From assembly GCA_964625685.1 (NCBI GenBank), contig CAZVBO010000003.1:298-64297 (forward strand): DNA of 64,000 nt, in the 5' to 3' direction. Of this stretch, positions 47,223-57,085 are shown one piece after another. Each line of letters starts with the position of its first letter. The first letter of the stretch is position 1. Under the pieces are notes generated by a model. The model was not told where the DNA came from, did not search any database, and worked only from the letters and a program-made list of their open reading frames with translations. A program made the translations under genes and the position numbers. This stretch comes from an uncultured Pseudomonadales bacterium (GTDB taxonomy: Bacteria > Patescibacteriota > Microgenomatia > UBA1400 > PJMF01).

Positions 47223-48881
47223 TTAAGCATGATTCTGACCATTCGTCTGCTGGTTTTCTCGTTTTTCGAGCCAACAGAATCCTAAGGGTTCGAGCATGGC
47301 TTTTTTCCCTAGTGAAAATTGAGTACTACTTACAAATTGAACTTGCCATTGATCTGATGGGTAGGATTTAGGCAACTTCACAGTCTGATCTGATAAATTA
47401 TGATACATTACCACTTGAGTAAGTTGGTTTTGATATTGAATTCCGAAAAGTGCTTTGTGGGAAGTTTTAATCAACTGACAATTTTCTTGCAAAAAAAGTC
47501 CGTCATACGACTTTCTCAGTTCTATTAGCTTTCGAATACAGTTCCACAGAGAGTTCGGATCTTGTTGAGCTTGAAGCGCATTGACTTTTTTGTAGCTAAA
47601 CTTCCCATGATCTATAACGCTACGATACATTTTACGGTGATTAGCTAAGGAGAAGCCTGCTTGAGGGTTGCTATTCCATTGCATCGGAGTTCTGACCGCA
47701 TTTCGGAAAGGCAAAGCTAAATTTTCACCCATGCCGATTTCATCTCCGTATGGGATCATGACTGCTCCAGGTAGAGAAAATAAAATACTATATGCTAACT
47801 TCAGTTTTGCTAAATCCCCATCCAACATAGGTGCGATCCGTCGACGAATTCCTCGTTGATATGCTCGCATATCTTGTGAAGGTGCAAGTACATCCATTAC
47901 TTTATTTCGAGTAATACTGGGCAGCTTTTCTAAATTTAACTCATCCAAATTACGAATAAAATTCACCCATTCACAGTCACGAGGAAGAGTTAATTGTTTT
48001 GTTAAGCGTCGAGAAATAGCCTGACCGTTTTTTTCGACCAATGACACATACAGATTGGCATTTAAATAAAAATTATAGAGCAGATTAAAACGGGTTCCAT
48101 TTTTGACAAATTGATTAAATTGTCCATCTTTAACATCAGCTTCTGCCCATAAAATACCATCCGGAACCTTCTGCTTGACTAGTTTTCTCATTTTCTCAAT
48201 AAAATCAGTGGGATTTTTCATCTGTGTACCATCAATCCCCTTTTTCTCAAATGCCATGGTCGCGGCATCCACTCGAAAACCCGCAATTCCAAATGACAGC
48301 CAAAATTTCATAATGGCAAAGAGTTCCTCTTGTACATTGGGATTGGCAATATTGAGGTCAGGTTCATATTCATAAAATCGATGATAGTAATAGGCATTTG
48401 CCACCCGATCATATGTCCACACCGTATGCTGTTCCCCCAACATCGCCGGCTTATTGGTAGGATTATTCAACTCGGGATCAGGGAGTGAGTCGGTCCAAAT
48501 ATAATAATTTCGATAAGGAGAATCAGGATCAATCCGACCTACTTGAAACCAGGGGTGCTCATGAGAAGTATGATGATACACAAAATCAATAATGATTTGA
48601 ATATCCCGTTTTTTCGCTTCCCTGACCAATTCATGGAAATCTTCAAAGTTGCCCAAACGATGGTCTATTTGATAATGATTGACTACATCATAACCATTAT
48701 CTAGATCGGTAGAATCATAAAACGGCAACAGCCAGAGACAGTTAATTCCTAGTTTTTGCAGATAATCTAACTCAGAAATAACTCCTCTAATATCTCCAAT
48801 TCCATCTCCAGTTGAATCCTTAAAAACCTTGATATCTAGTGCATAAATAATGGCAGAGGTATACCAAGCAGGTCGTTTCAT
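47223..48881 (-). CDS. GH13 alpha-amylase-family enzyme, trehalose synthase / maltose alpha-D-glucosyltransferase-like
   Basis: WYTSAIIYALDIKVFKDSTGDGIGDIRGVISELDYLQKLGINCLWLLPFY, GFRVDAA and FVYHHTSHEHPWFQ GH13 motifs. Start chosen at the ATG 48879-48881; the ORF track extends to 48971. Confidence 0.7.
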   Translation of the reverse strand: MKRPAWYTSAIIYALDIKVFKDSTGDGIGDIRGVISELDYLQKLGINCLWLLPFYDSTDLDNGYDVVNHYQIDHRLGNFEDFHELVREAKKRDIQIIIDFVYHHTSHEHPWFQVGRIDPDSPYRNYYIWTDSLPDPELNNPTNKPAMLGEQHTVWTYDRVANAYYYHRFYEYEPDLNIANPNVQEELFAIMKFWLSFGIAGFRVDAATMAFEKKGIDGTQMKNPTDFIEKMRKLVKQKVPDGILWAEADVKDGQFNQFVKNGTRFNLLYNFYLNANLYVSLVEKNGQAISRRLTKQLTLPRDCEWVNFIRNLDELNLEKLPSITRNKVMDVLAPSQDMRAYQRGIRRRIAPMLDGDLAKLKLAYSILFSLPGAVMIPYGDEIGMGENLALPFRNAVRTPMQWNSNPQAGFSLANHRKMYRSVIDHGKFSYKKVNALQAQQDPNSLWNCIRKLIELRKSYDGLFLQENCQLIKTSHKALFGIQYQNQLTQVVMYHNLSDQTVKLPKSYPSDQWQVQFVSSTQFSLGKKAMLEPLGFCWLEKRENQQTNGQNHA

Positions 48882-48891
48882 AAAACCTTTC

Positions 48892-50505
48892 TTAGTTTTT
48901 AATATCGTAAAGTATGATTCCTTGATTTGGTAAGAGATGAAAGTGAGCAAAATCAGTGAGAGTTTGACCATCCAATTGCTTTAAAGTATCAACGCATACT
49001 GCTGCTTCAGTGAAAGGTAAGCTCAGCACTTGATCTTCATTACTATAGTTGAGTATTACGACCAGCCGATCAGATTCGGCATATCTTTCATAGATAAATA
49101 CTTGATCAGTACTTTCAGTTAAAGATCGATACTTACCATTAGTCAGAATTGGAAAAGTATGACGAAGATGGAGCAACTGACGATACAATTCTAAAAAAGA
49201 AGTTCCTTTGCCTCGTTCAGTTTCTACATTCCACTCAGCCGCATCGCTGGCTACTGGCAACCAGGGTTCGGTTTCAGAAAAACCAGCATAAGGACCCGCA
49301 TTCCATTGCATCGGAGTTCGCTGCGGGTCACGGCCCAAGCCCAAACCGGGTGAATTTATTTCAAACGGGTCGATTACTTGTTCCGGTAAGATTGTTCCAT
49401 TGGTCATCCCAATTTCTTCACCATAATACACAAATGGGATACCTCTTAAGGTAAATTGAAGCATAGCCGCTACTTTGGCTTGATCCCGGCCAATCCGGTA
49501 AGCCACTCGGGGTTGATCATGATTGCCCAATACATAGGTCGGCAAATAGTCAGGCCCAACCTTGAGATCAAATTCATCGATATACTGCCGATGCACATCT
49601 GCTCTCCATGGCGATAAGATCAACCCAAAGTTAAAAGGTGCAAACCACGGCTTTTCCACTTGTGAGTACATTCCAACCAGATCATCAATATTGGCATAAA
49701 CTTCAGTTACCATAAACTTTTGGCCATATTCCTCTAAAATGGCGGCTAGTTGGCGGAGCATATCCAAAGTCTCTGGTTGACCAAAGGAATATGTATGAAT
49801 TAAGGAATCGTGAGGACCATGTTGGCCGAAGACATAAATGGGATTGGGCGGTTCATCTAAAAAGCGGTCATCTTTAAATAGAAAATCATAGGCATCGATT
49901 CTAAAGCCATCAACCCCTCGATCTAGCCAAAAACGCAGGACGCTTTTCATTTCAGCCACCACTGCAGGGTTACGCCAATTCAAATCTGGCTGATGTTTAT
50001 CAAAACTATGCAGGTAGTATTGATTCGTTCGCTCGTCATATTCCCAGGCAGAACCACCAAAGACACTCACCCAATTGTTGGGAGGCTCGCCTTCGGCTCG
50101 CCCTGGTCGCCATATATACCAATCTCGTTTGTCATTGTCTAAACTCGTCCGAGATTCACCAAACCAAGGGTGTTCCGAGGAAGTATGATTCGGAATGTAA
50201 TCCATTAATACTTTTAAACCACGCTGATGAGCTTCAGTTATCAACTGATCAAAATCTTCTAGAGTTCCAAATAAGGGATCAATGTTTTTGTAGTCACTGA
50301 CATCATACCCAAAGTCTGCCATCGGAGAAGGATAAATCGGAGACAACCAAATCGCATCTACATCCAAAGAATCTGAAGTACCTTTCAGATAATCTAAGTG
50401 ATGGATGATCCCTTGAAGATCGCCGATACCATCATGATTAGTATCTTGAAAACTCCGCGGATAAATATGGTAAATGATTGCATTTTTGATCCAATGTTGG
50501 TCCAT
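48892..50505 (-). CDS. GH13 alpha-glucosidase / oligo-1,6-glucosidase
   Basis: WIKNAIIYHIYPRSFQDTNHDGIGDLQGII, GFRIDAYDF, YIPNHTSSEHPWF and the EVY/NHDQPR motifs. Confidence 0.8.
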   Translation of the reverse strand: MDQHWIKNAIIYHIYPRSFQDTNHDGIGDLQGIIHHLDYLKGTSDSLDVDAIWLSPIYPSPMADFGYDVSDYKNIDPLFGTLEDFDQLITEAHQRGLKVLMDYIPNHTSSEHPWFGESRTSLDNDKRDWYIWRPGRAEGEPPNNWVSVFGGSAWEYDERTNQYYLHSFDKHQPDLNWRNPAVVAEMKSVLRFWLDRGVDGFRIDAYDFLFKDDRFLDEPPNPIYVFGQHGPHDSLIHTYSFGQPETLDMLRQLAAILEEYGQKFMVTEVYANIDDLVGMYSQVEKPWFAPFNFGLILSPWRADVHRQYIDEFDLKVGPDYLPTYVLGNHDQPRVAYRIGRDQAKVAAMLQFTLRGIPFVYYGEEIGMTNGTILPEQVIDPFEINSPGLGLGRDPQRTPMQWNAGPYAGFSETEPWLPVASDAAEWNVETERGKGTSFLELYRQLLHLRHTFPILTNGKYRSLTESTDQVFIYERYAESDRLVVILNYSNEDQVLSLPFTEAAVCVDTLKQLDGQTLTDFAHFHLLPNQGIILYDIKN

Positions 50506-50693
50506 AATTTACTTTCTATGTCTGCTTATATTTTTAAAAAATTCGACCTAAAATCCACATCACTACTAAGACTCCTGCCGGGACACCTAATAACCACAAG
50601 AAGAAATATTTCATGTTCGCTTCTAACTATTATTGGTTAAGTGTAAGGATCAATTACCAAAAAAAAGATAGAAAAAAGTGAGAACTAAGTAAG

Positions 50694-51569
50694 TTACATC
50701 GGCATTTCATCACCACCCGTAACACCATAGATGTGACCAGTCACATAGCTAGCATCATCTGAGGCAAGAAAGACAAATACTTTAGCGACTTCAATCGGTT
50801 GACCAGGACGTCCTAACTCCGTGTGTTGTCCAAAAGTTTCCACCATGTCGGGCGGCATTGCCATTGGATTCAGCGGGGACCAAATGGGACCCGGAGCCAC
50901 TCCATTGACTCGAATGCCGCTCTCACCTGCATACTTCGCCATTGATTTGGTAAAACTCGCAATAGCCGCTTTAGTAGCGGCATAAGGCATAATCAAGGGG
51001 CTAGGATTAAAGGCTTGGATAGAACTGGTATTCAGAATTACTGAACCTGGAGGGAGATGCTTCCAAGCAGCTTTAGTCAAAAAGAACATGGCATAGATAT
51101 TAGTGCGAAAGGTTTGATCTAATTGAGCTTCCGTAATTTCATCCAACGTTTTAAATGCCATCTGATAGGCTGCGTTATTTACCAAAATATCTAACTTCCC
51201 AAACTTATTAAGAGTCTGATCAATAATATCTTGGCAATGGGCTTCGTCTTGAATATCTCCCGGAATTCCTAGAATCTTTTGGCCTGTTTCTTCGACTGCC
51301 CGAATAACTTCCATGGCATCTCGTTCTTCTTCAGGTAAATAGGAGATGACAATGTTGGCGCCTTCACAGGCAAACGTATAGGCAATAGCTCGACCAATAC
51401 CGCTGTCACCACCAGTGATGATGGCCACTTTGTCTTTGAGCTTGCCTGTGCCCTGATAGGTCTTATACCCAAAGTCAGGAGCCGGATCAAGCTTATACTC
51501 GAAGCCGGGAAATTCCTGGGGTTGCTTTTTAAAGGGGGGGTTGGGGTACATATCTCTGGGATTTATCAT
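50694..51569 (-). CDS. SDR-family oxidoreductase (YghA/YhdF general-stress type)
   Basis: TGGDSGIGRA cofactor motif, NNAA, and a YxxxK catalytic pair (YAATKAA). Confidence 0.8.
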   Translation of the reverse strand: MINPRDMYPNPPFKKQPQEFPGFEYKLDPAPDFGYKTYQGTGKLKDKVAIITGGDSGIGRAIAYTFACEGANIVISYLPEEERDAMEVIRAVEETGQKILGIPGDIQDEAHCQDIIDQTLNKFGKLDILVNNAAYQMAFKTLDEITEAQLDQTFRTNIYAMFFLTKAAWKHLPPGSVILNTSSIQAFNPSPLIMPYAATKAAIASFTKSMAKYAGESGIRVNGVAPGPIWSPLNPMAMPPDMVETFGQHTELGRPGQPIEVAKVFVFLASDDASYVTGHIYGVTGGDEMPM

Positions 51570-51638
51570 GCCCCAACTCTATCAATCATCTTTCAATCAC
51601 CAGGTAGAACCGCGTAAGAGGCGGGTAAGGGAGAAAGC

Positions 51639-52328
51639 TTATGATAATAATTCTCTAACAGTAGCTTGGGCTAAAATTTCCATGGTGTCTACAATAGTCA
51701 TTCCGGATATTTCGTGAATGAGTAATTGCAAATCGGTACAAGCCAAGAGAACAGTCTTAATATTTTTATCAGAAAAGGAACGAATCATTTGTTCCAATTT
51801 CTGTTGATCATCCATTGTTTCTTTTCGCAGAACTAGTCGATCAATAATCTGACTCAGTAGCGTTTGATCATCCTGAGGAAGGTAGGTAACCCTACAATGA
51901 ACTGACTCTAAACTTGAGGTATACAATTTTTTAGACACCGTAAAGGAAGTTGCCAAAATTCCCACTTGATTAAGTTGCCGGGTTTTTACGAAGTAAGCAG
52001 TTTCATCAATAATACTCAAAACCGGAATAGTAACCGATTGACGAACTTGTTCAATTAATACATGAACAGAGTTACAAGGTATAACTATAAAGTCCGCACC
52101 ACCTGCTTCTAAGTGTTGAGCAGCCTTAATCATAAAAGGCAGATACTCAGCTTCTCCCCTCCCATGCAAAATTAAATTTTCTTCAACTTGATAGGGTAAA
52201 GGAATACTGTGAATCAAGACTGGTGGTCGAGCTTTATCAAACTGTTGACAAGTTAATTCAATAATCCGGAGATAAAACTCAGCGGTTGTTTCCGGTCCTA
52301 GTCCCCCAATAATACCAACGGTTTTCAT
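51639..52328 (-). CDS. aspartate/glutamate racemase family protein
   Basis: MKTVGIIGGLGPETTAEFYLRII N-terminal motif and two catalytic Cys regions (IPCNSVH, LACTDL). Confidence 0.75.
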   Translation of the reverse strand: MKTVGIIGGLGPETTAEFYLRIIELTCQQFDKARPPVLIHSIPLPYQVEENLILHGRGEAEYLPFMIKAAQHLEAGGADFIVIPCNSVHVLIEQVRQSVTIPVLSIIDETAYFVKTRQLNQVGILATSFTVSKKLYTSSLESVHCRVTYLPQDDQTLLSQIIDRLVLRKETMDDQQKLEQMIRSFSDKNIKTVLLACTDLQLLIHEISGMTIVDTMEILAQATVRELLS

Positions 52329-52391
52329 CCTTAAAGGATATCAATTAAAAATCCAGGTGAAAAGCTGGGAAATGATCCTTACGTGCTGAAT

Positions 52392-52568
52392 CTATTCAGT
52401 TTTTTCTAAATAGTGATCAAACGACTCTTCCAATCCTGCTAAAACTTCACCCACTGTGTCACAAAAAGTTGCACACTGGGGATCTTCGGTTTGCGTAGCA
52501 TGCATGCGGACTTCATCCCGTAAATCTTTTACCCGGTGATGAAAATCATCAATTTTATCTTTATCCAT
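52392..52568 (-). CDS. small hypothetical protein (58 aa, below the ORF-track cutoff)
   Basis: Hand translation of the minus strand: MDKDKIDDFHHRVKDLRDEVRMHATQTEDPQCATFCDTVGEVLAGLEESFDHYLEKTE*. A strong AAGGAGG SD lies 6-8 nt upstream. First gene of the minus-strand cassette. Confidence 0.45.
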   Translation of the reverse strand: MDKDKIDDFHHRVKDLRDEVRMHATQTEDPQCATFCDTVGEVLAGLEESFDHYLEKTE

Positions 52569-52588
52569 AAAAACCTCCTTTTTATATA

Positions 52589-53101
52589 TTAACTTTGTTC
52601 TCTCCGAGCTTCTTGAGCTTTCTTAATATTTTCCTGTCTCGCCTGTTGTTGAGCTTCAGTTGGTTTTTCACTTTCGGGGACATCCCGCCGTGGATTTCCT
52701 TCAAAAATGTCACCTTCAACGTGGGAAACAGGACCATAGGTATCTAAAATTTCCTGAACGTCACTATCATCAGTAACTAAAGTTTCATCCTTCATTTCTG
52801 CCATCTTTTTTTCAATCAACCAAGCTTGAGTATCCCAACTGCCGTCCGGTCTTTGTCCAGCTAACCGTTGAACTCCACCTTTCTCACCAACATCTTGATT
52901 CCGAAAAGTTTTAAATTGATCTTTATCGCGAATTACTATCCGAAAGTAATCACCCTCCCCAGTGGAACCAGGCTCAGCTCTATCTTCTCCTCCAGGTTGT
53001 GCCTCAGCTCTTTCCTCATGAGACATTGATTGCCACTTATCTTGAGCTTTCTTAATATTTTCCTGAGCCGCTTGCTTTTGATCATCACTCGTCATTATCA
53101 A
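52589..53101 (-). CDS. hypothetical acidic protein with near-identical N- and C-terminal segments (QENIKKAQ)
   Basis: 170-aa ORF. A 25-bp direct DNA repeat cttgagctttcttaatattttcctg lies at 52612-52636 and 53041-53065, i.e. at both ends of the gene. Confidence 0.5.
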   Translation of the reverse strand: MIMTSDDQKQAAQENIKKAQDKWQSMSHEERAEAQPGGEDRAEPGSTGEGDYFRIVIRDKDQFKTFRNQDVGEKGGVQRLAGQRPDGSWDTQAWLIEKKMAEMKDETLVTDDSDVQEILDTYGPVSHVEGDIFEGNPRRDVPESEKPTEAQQQARQENIKKAQEARREQS

Positions 53102-53178
53102 CTCCTTTTTTCACTTCTATAAAAGAATAGAACAAAGAGATTAAATTGAGGTAAAAGAGATGTTAGAGGGAAGTAAAA

Positions 53179-53895
53179 TTACTCAATGGGGTAACAGCCT
53201 TGGTTTTCATACCACTGGTAGTTTTTTAATTGGCTTACACAACAATCGGCATCGTCTCCAGCTGTACAGTGACGAGGACAAATTCCATCACTGGTGGCGG
53301 AGCAAGCTACTTCCTGCGGATAGCAACCCCTACCTTCATACCATTGATAATTTTTGAGTTTTGTTTCGCAACAATCCGCATCATTTCCGGCTGTACATGT
53401 GGCTGAGCAAATACCGTCATTTTTTGCAGAACAAGCTGGTTCTGGGTAACAACCCCAGTTTTCATACCAGTGATAGCCTGTTACTTTTCCACAGCAATCA
53501 CTATCATTACCCGCCGTACAACTTTGGGGACAAACCTTATCCGCAGTACCTGAGCAGCTCACAGCCGGTTGTATTACTTTAGGTGAGGGCTTAATGGTGG
53601 GTTTTGTTGTAGGAATAGAAGTGGGTTTTAAAGTAGGAGAAATGATCGTAGGTTGAGTAGACTGAACAGGCTCAACTTTGACAGCTGGCTGAGAGTTGCC
53701 TCCACACATCACCATTTCTGAATATAAACACGATGAACCACGCCAGCCATCACTACAAATTACTTTTCCGTTTCCTTGAGAGCCAGCTCCACAGTTGACG
53801 CCACCATGTCCAGAGCAACACCCACTTTTAGCCGAAACTCGAGAGGTTAGAATCAATGAAATAAAAAAGAGACCAATGATTAAAATTTTTTTCAT
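53179..53895 (-). CDS. secreted cysteine-rich protein with three ~41-aa 6-Cys repeats (CTAGNDxDCC...YxWYE..GCYP) and a Pro/Thr-rich linker
   Basis: Signal peptide MKKILIIGLFFISLILTSRVSA. The repeats are SCSGTADKVCPQSCTAGNDSDCCGKVTGYHWYENWGCYPEP, ACSAKNDGICSATCTAGNDADCCETKLKNYQWYEGRGCYPQE and VACSATSDGICPRHCTAGDDADCCVSQLKNYQWYENQGCYPIE. Confidence 0.6.
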   Translation of the reverse strand: MKKILIIGLFFISLILTSRVSAKSGCCSGHGGVNCGAGSQGNGKVICSDGWRGSSCLYSEMVMCGGNSQPAVKVEPVQSTQPTIISPTLKPTSIPTTKPTIKPSPKVIQPAVSCSGTADKVCPQSCTAGNDSDCCGKVTGYHWYENWGCYPEPACSAKNDGICSATCTAGNDADCCETKLKNYQWYEGRGCYPQEVACSATSDGICPRHCTAGDDADCCVSQLKNYQWYENQGCYPIE

Positions 53896-53959
53896 ATCAG
53901 CCTAAAAAGCACTTTATATGGCTGATTATATATTCTTTTAAAAGAAGGGCAAATGAAGA

Positions 53960-55204
53960 TTATTTACGTACAAATAAAATAGCGTTAGGAATGTTTCTGC
54001 CGGGACCAACTTTGTAACCACCAGCCCACAGAGCAGTTGATCCTCCACTATCTAAATTGAGAGCATTTTCCATCCCTAAAGCCTGTAAAGCCAGAGCAGA
54101 TTCTGCTACCGTCACATTATGAACTACTCCAATATAAACGGTATTGCCTTTGTTAGCGACAAAACTCCGATTACCTCGGCTGCCTTTTTTAGGATCATCA
54201 TCGCCTCCAAAAACAATATTACCACCAGACACCAAGAGTGGATAATTAGACAATACTCCAGTTGGTCCAGTATCTCTTCCCCAACCGGACATGGCACCAA
54301 TAAATCTCACTGATCCATCAAAGAAGACTACTCCGGGATTAACACTATAGACATTATTATCCGAATTAAAGTAGGTCTTATCTTTGTTCATCACCAATAA
54401 ATCGTATGAATTCGTTTTCCCAGCACAAGAGGGATAACTCGCCGGACAAAAGTATGTTCCATTCACTCCAGCGTAAGCCCCATTCCGGGCCACATAGTCT
54501 CCCAAAGACAGTACCGGACAATCATTAGCACAATCTGAACCAGAAGCAGTATCGACAATGACTCGCGTTGAACCCAACTCGCCTGCCACTAAACTGACCG
54601 TATATTGATTGCCATTCACACTCACGACTTGCCGGTTATATCCATTAGCTGGTGGAGTATTACTGGTAGTATTAGTCGGTGTATCCGAAGACTGGACTGA
54701 TGAAGTGGGGGTTCGCTGAGCTAATAAAGCAGCCTGTTGATCAGCTGCTATTTTGGCTTGAGCTGAATCTAATTCCTGATTGACTTGGGCTAATAATTTT
54801 TCAGCTTCCTGATATTTCTGCTCTGCTAAGTAACGTAAAATTTGGGCAAATTCTGTTTTTTGAGTGCCAGTATCAATTCGTTGAACGGCAAAATCATCCA
54901 ATTTTTCATACAGTTTGACCGCAGCAGTGTAATTGGTTTCAATAGCTTCAATTCGAGCTTGGAGTTCCTCATTGCGTTGATATTGATCCACCGATTTTAA
55001 TTGATCCAGTTGCTGCTGAGTATCACTCAGTCGTTCTTGAACCTGAATCACCTGAGCTTGAAATTGTTGCTGTTGGTAATGGACATATCCATAAACCACA
55101 ACTGAGAGACCAATCATAATCAGCAACACCAACAAAACACCTACTATCTTACGAGCTCGTCTGCTCAAAGAAAAAAAACGCCGTGGTTTGAAAGTTGATT
55201 TCAT
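53960..55204 (-). CDS. phosphodiester glycosidase family protein (NAGPA/DUF2233-like) with N-terminal TM, coiled-coil and Thr/Ser-rich linker
   Basis: C-terminal domain motifs YAGVNGTYF and ALNLDSGGSTALWAGG are typical of PF09992. TM helix IVGVLLVLLIMIGLSVVVYGYV. Confidence 0.6.
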   Translation of the reverse strand: MKSTFKPRRFFSLSRRARKIVGVLLVLLIMIGLSVVVYGYVHYQQQQFQAQVIQVQERLSDTQQQLDQLKSVDQYQRNEELQARIEAIETNYTAAVKLYEKLDDFAVQRIDTGTQKTEFAQILRYLAEQKYQEAEKLLAQVNQELDSAQAKIAADQQAALLAQRTPTSSVQSSDTPTNTTSNTPPANGYNRQVVSVNGNQYTVSLVAGELGSTRVIVDTASGSDCANDCPVLSLGDYVARNGAYAGVNGTYFCPASYPSCAGKTNSYDLLVMNKDKTYFNSDNNVYSVNPGVVFFDGSVRFIGAMSGWGRDTGPTGVLSNYPLLVSGGNIVFGGDDDPKKGSRGNRSFVANKGNTVYIGVVHNVTVAESALALQALGMENALNLDSGGSTALWAGGYKVGPGRNIPNAILFVRK

Positions 55205-55280
55205 ATGAATGACTTCATTATAGATAACTCAACTTAGATTCAAACTACACAAACTGGTATGAAAGGGGTAAGGAAAACTA

Positions 55281-57023
55281 TCAATCTTCTCCTTCGGCAC
55301 TTGCGGTTGCTGGCAGCTCATACACCTTCATCAGTTCAATGGGTTGAGGATTTAGACTCATAATGCTGTCAATTTGCTGGAACTGAGGCAAATCAGAGAG
55401 AGCTGGTTCTTCCTTGTTAAAACAGGTGTACCTAACAATGAAAAGGCTGTGCTGATGTGAGATGTCTTGACCCAGAGTGTAAGGAGAAATACATTCTGAA
55501 GTATCAAAATGTAAATTCTGAAAATCAGGTAACATTAAGGCTGAGTGAAATTGGTGACTTAAATCTTGATTAAAAATTTGATTAAAAAAGAGATAGAAAA
55601 TAGGAGCTTCATTTCGAGTTTCAATATAGATTTGATCATAGTCCAATTGCTTTTCTGCCAAGTAATGTGCCAAATTCTTCATCTCACTACTGCGATGGAT
55701 CATTTCCAAACTGCTACTATGCACTGCATACATATTCCCAAAATATAAAAACTCGCCAGCTATTACCACGAACAGCAACACACAGATTATTCTTCGCCAT
55801 ACTTGCTGCCATTCCAAAATAACTGCCCAGCCGTAGCCACTAATCAACACCAGTATCGGACCCATCAATGCTGCTCGATGAATATTGGGGACTTCATGCC
55901 CATGGGTTAAAGCAGCTGCCAATGGAGCTAACAGCAGTAACCAAATGAGAAAAATAAACCGTTGTTGAGTTTTAGCAGAAATAAAAATCTGATGATGAAA
56001 TCGGCGTAGTGATCTTTTCTGTAAAGAGGAAAACAAAATTACTCCAGCCACACCCAACAACCCTGCATAGCTGTAATACCACAACCCACTGTCAGGCACA
56101 GCATAACGGATAGGTAAACCACCTTTGGCAAATAAAAACTGCGGCGAAAAATAGGTACCGTATTGATACAAAAATTCTCGGCCCAACATCACTGGTTTAT
56201 TAAACAGAACTCTGGCTTTGACTGCATTTGCATTCCCTTCTTGAGCAATGTAGGTGCTTTGAGCCGCCAACAAGGGTTCAAAACCACTGGTCTGTTCAAA
56301 TCTGCCTCTGCCCCAAGTTGTTTGACTGATCACCATCGTTAAGCTAAAAGCGAAGAGCGTGCCAATAATCATCACCCATTTTTGTTTCTTGGTTTGAACC
56401 AGGAGAAATGTAGGCAATAACACCAGCGGGATAATGACTCGATAAGATGGATACAACAAATAAGTGAGTAACCACACGCCAATAGTTACCAAACTAAGCG
56501 GAATTGACTTCCTGTTAATACTCAAAAAGAACACCCATAATCCAAACAAAAAAACACTGCTCGCGGTAATTCCTTCAGCAGTAGCTCGTGATAAAACTAT
56601 ATGCCACGGCATAATCGCTAAACCCAGTGCTGTCAATACTGCGACAGTTTTACTTTGAAAAATTTGCCGGGTAATTAAATACACTAGCCATACTCCCAAA
56701 ACTCCAAAAACAGCAATGGGAAATCGCACTGCAAACTCAGTCACCCCAAAAACATAGGTAAAGATACCCGATACATACATGGGCAGGACATTAGGGTAGT
56801 CACCAAAATTGTTAAAATATAAAATTGGCCATTTGTTGCCGTAGAGATCTACTCCATTTTCCAAAATAAATCGACCCACGTAGCCATTCATGACTTCATC
56901 GACGTGAATATTTAAGGGCAATGTGCCTAAGTGATAAAGACGAAGAATTGCGGCAATGCATAAAATAAAACTTAATGAAAAAAAATAACGCCATTGATAA
57001 ATTTTTTTGAAAAAGATGTTCAC
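55281..57023 (-). CDS. GT-C fold glycosyltransferase family 39 protein (PMT/ArnT-like dolichyl/undecaprenyl-phosphate-sugar dependent transferase)
   Basis: About 12 TM helices. The first extracytoplasmic loop has a DE motif (IHVDEVMNGYVGRF) as in PMT_2/ArnT. Confidence 0.7.
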   Translation of the reverse strand: MNIFFKKIYQWRYFFSLSFILCIAAILRLYHLGTLPLNIHVDEVMNGYVGRFILENGVDLYGNKWPILYFNNFGDYPNVLPMYVSGIFTYVFGVTEFAVRFPIAVFGVLGVWLVYLITRQIFQSKTVAVLTALGLAIMPWHIVLSRATAEGITASSVFLFGLWVFFLSINRKSIPLSLVTIGVWLLTYLLYPSYRVIIPLVLLPTFLLVQTKKQKWVMIIGTLFAFSLTMVISQTTWGRGRFEQTSGFEPLLAAQSTYIAQEGNANAVKARVLFNKPVMLGREFLYQYGTYFSPQFLFAKGGLPIRYAVPDSGLWYYSYAGLLGVAGVILFSSLQKRSLRRFHHQIFISAKTQQRFIFLIWLLLLAPLAAALTHGHEVPNIHRAALMGPILVLISGYGWAVILEWQQVWRRIICVLLFVVIAGEFLYFGNMYAVHSSSLEMIHRSSEMKNLAHYLAEKQLDYDQIYIETRNEAPIFYLFFNQIFNQDLSHQFHSALMLPDFQNLHFDTSECISPYTLGQDISHQHSLFIVRYTCFNKEEPALSDLPQFQQIDSIMSLNPQPIELMKVYELPATASAEGED

Positions 57024-57085
57024 AGCTAAAGTATAAACTATTCAGCTGATTCTTACATTGATCTGTTACACTCATCCACCTGCCC

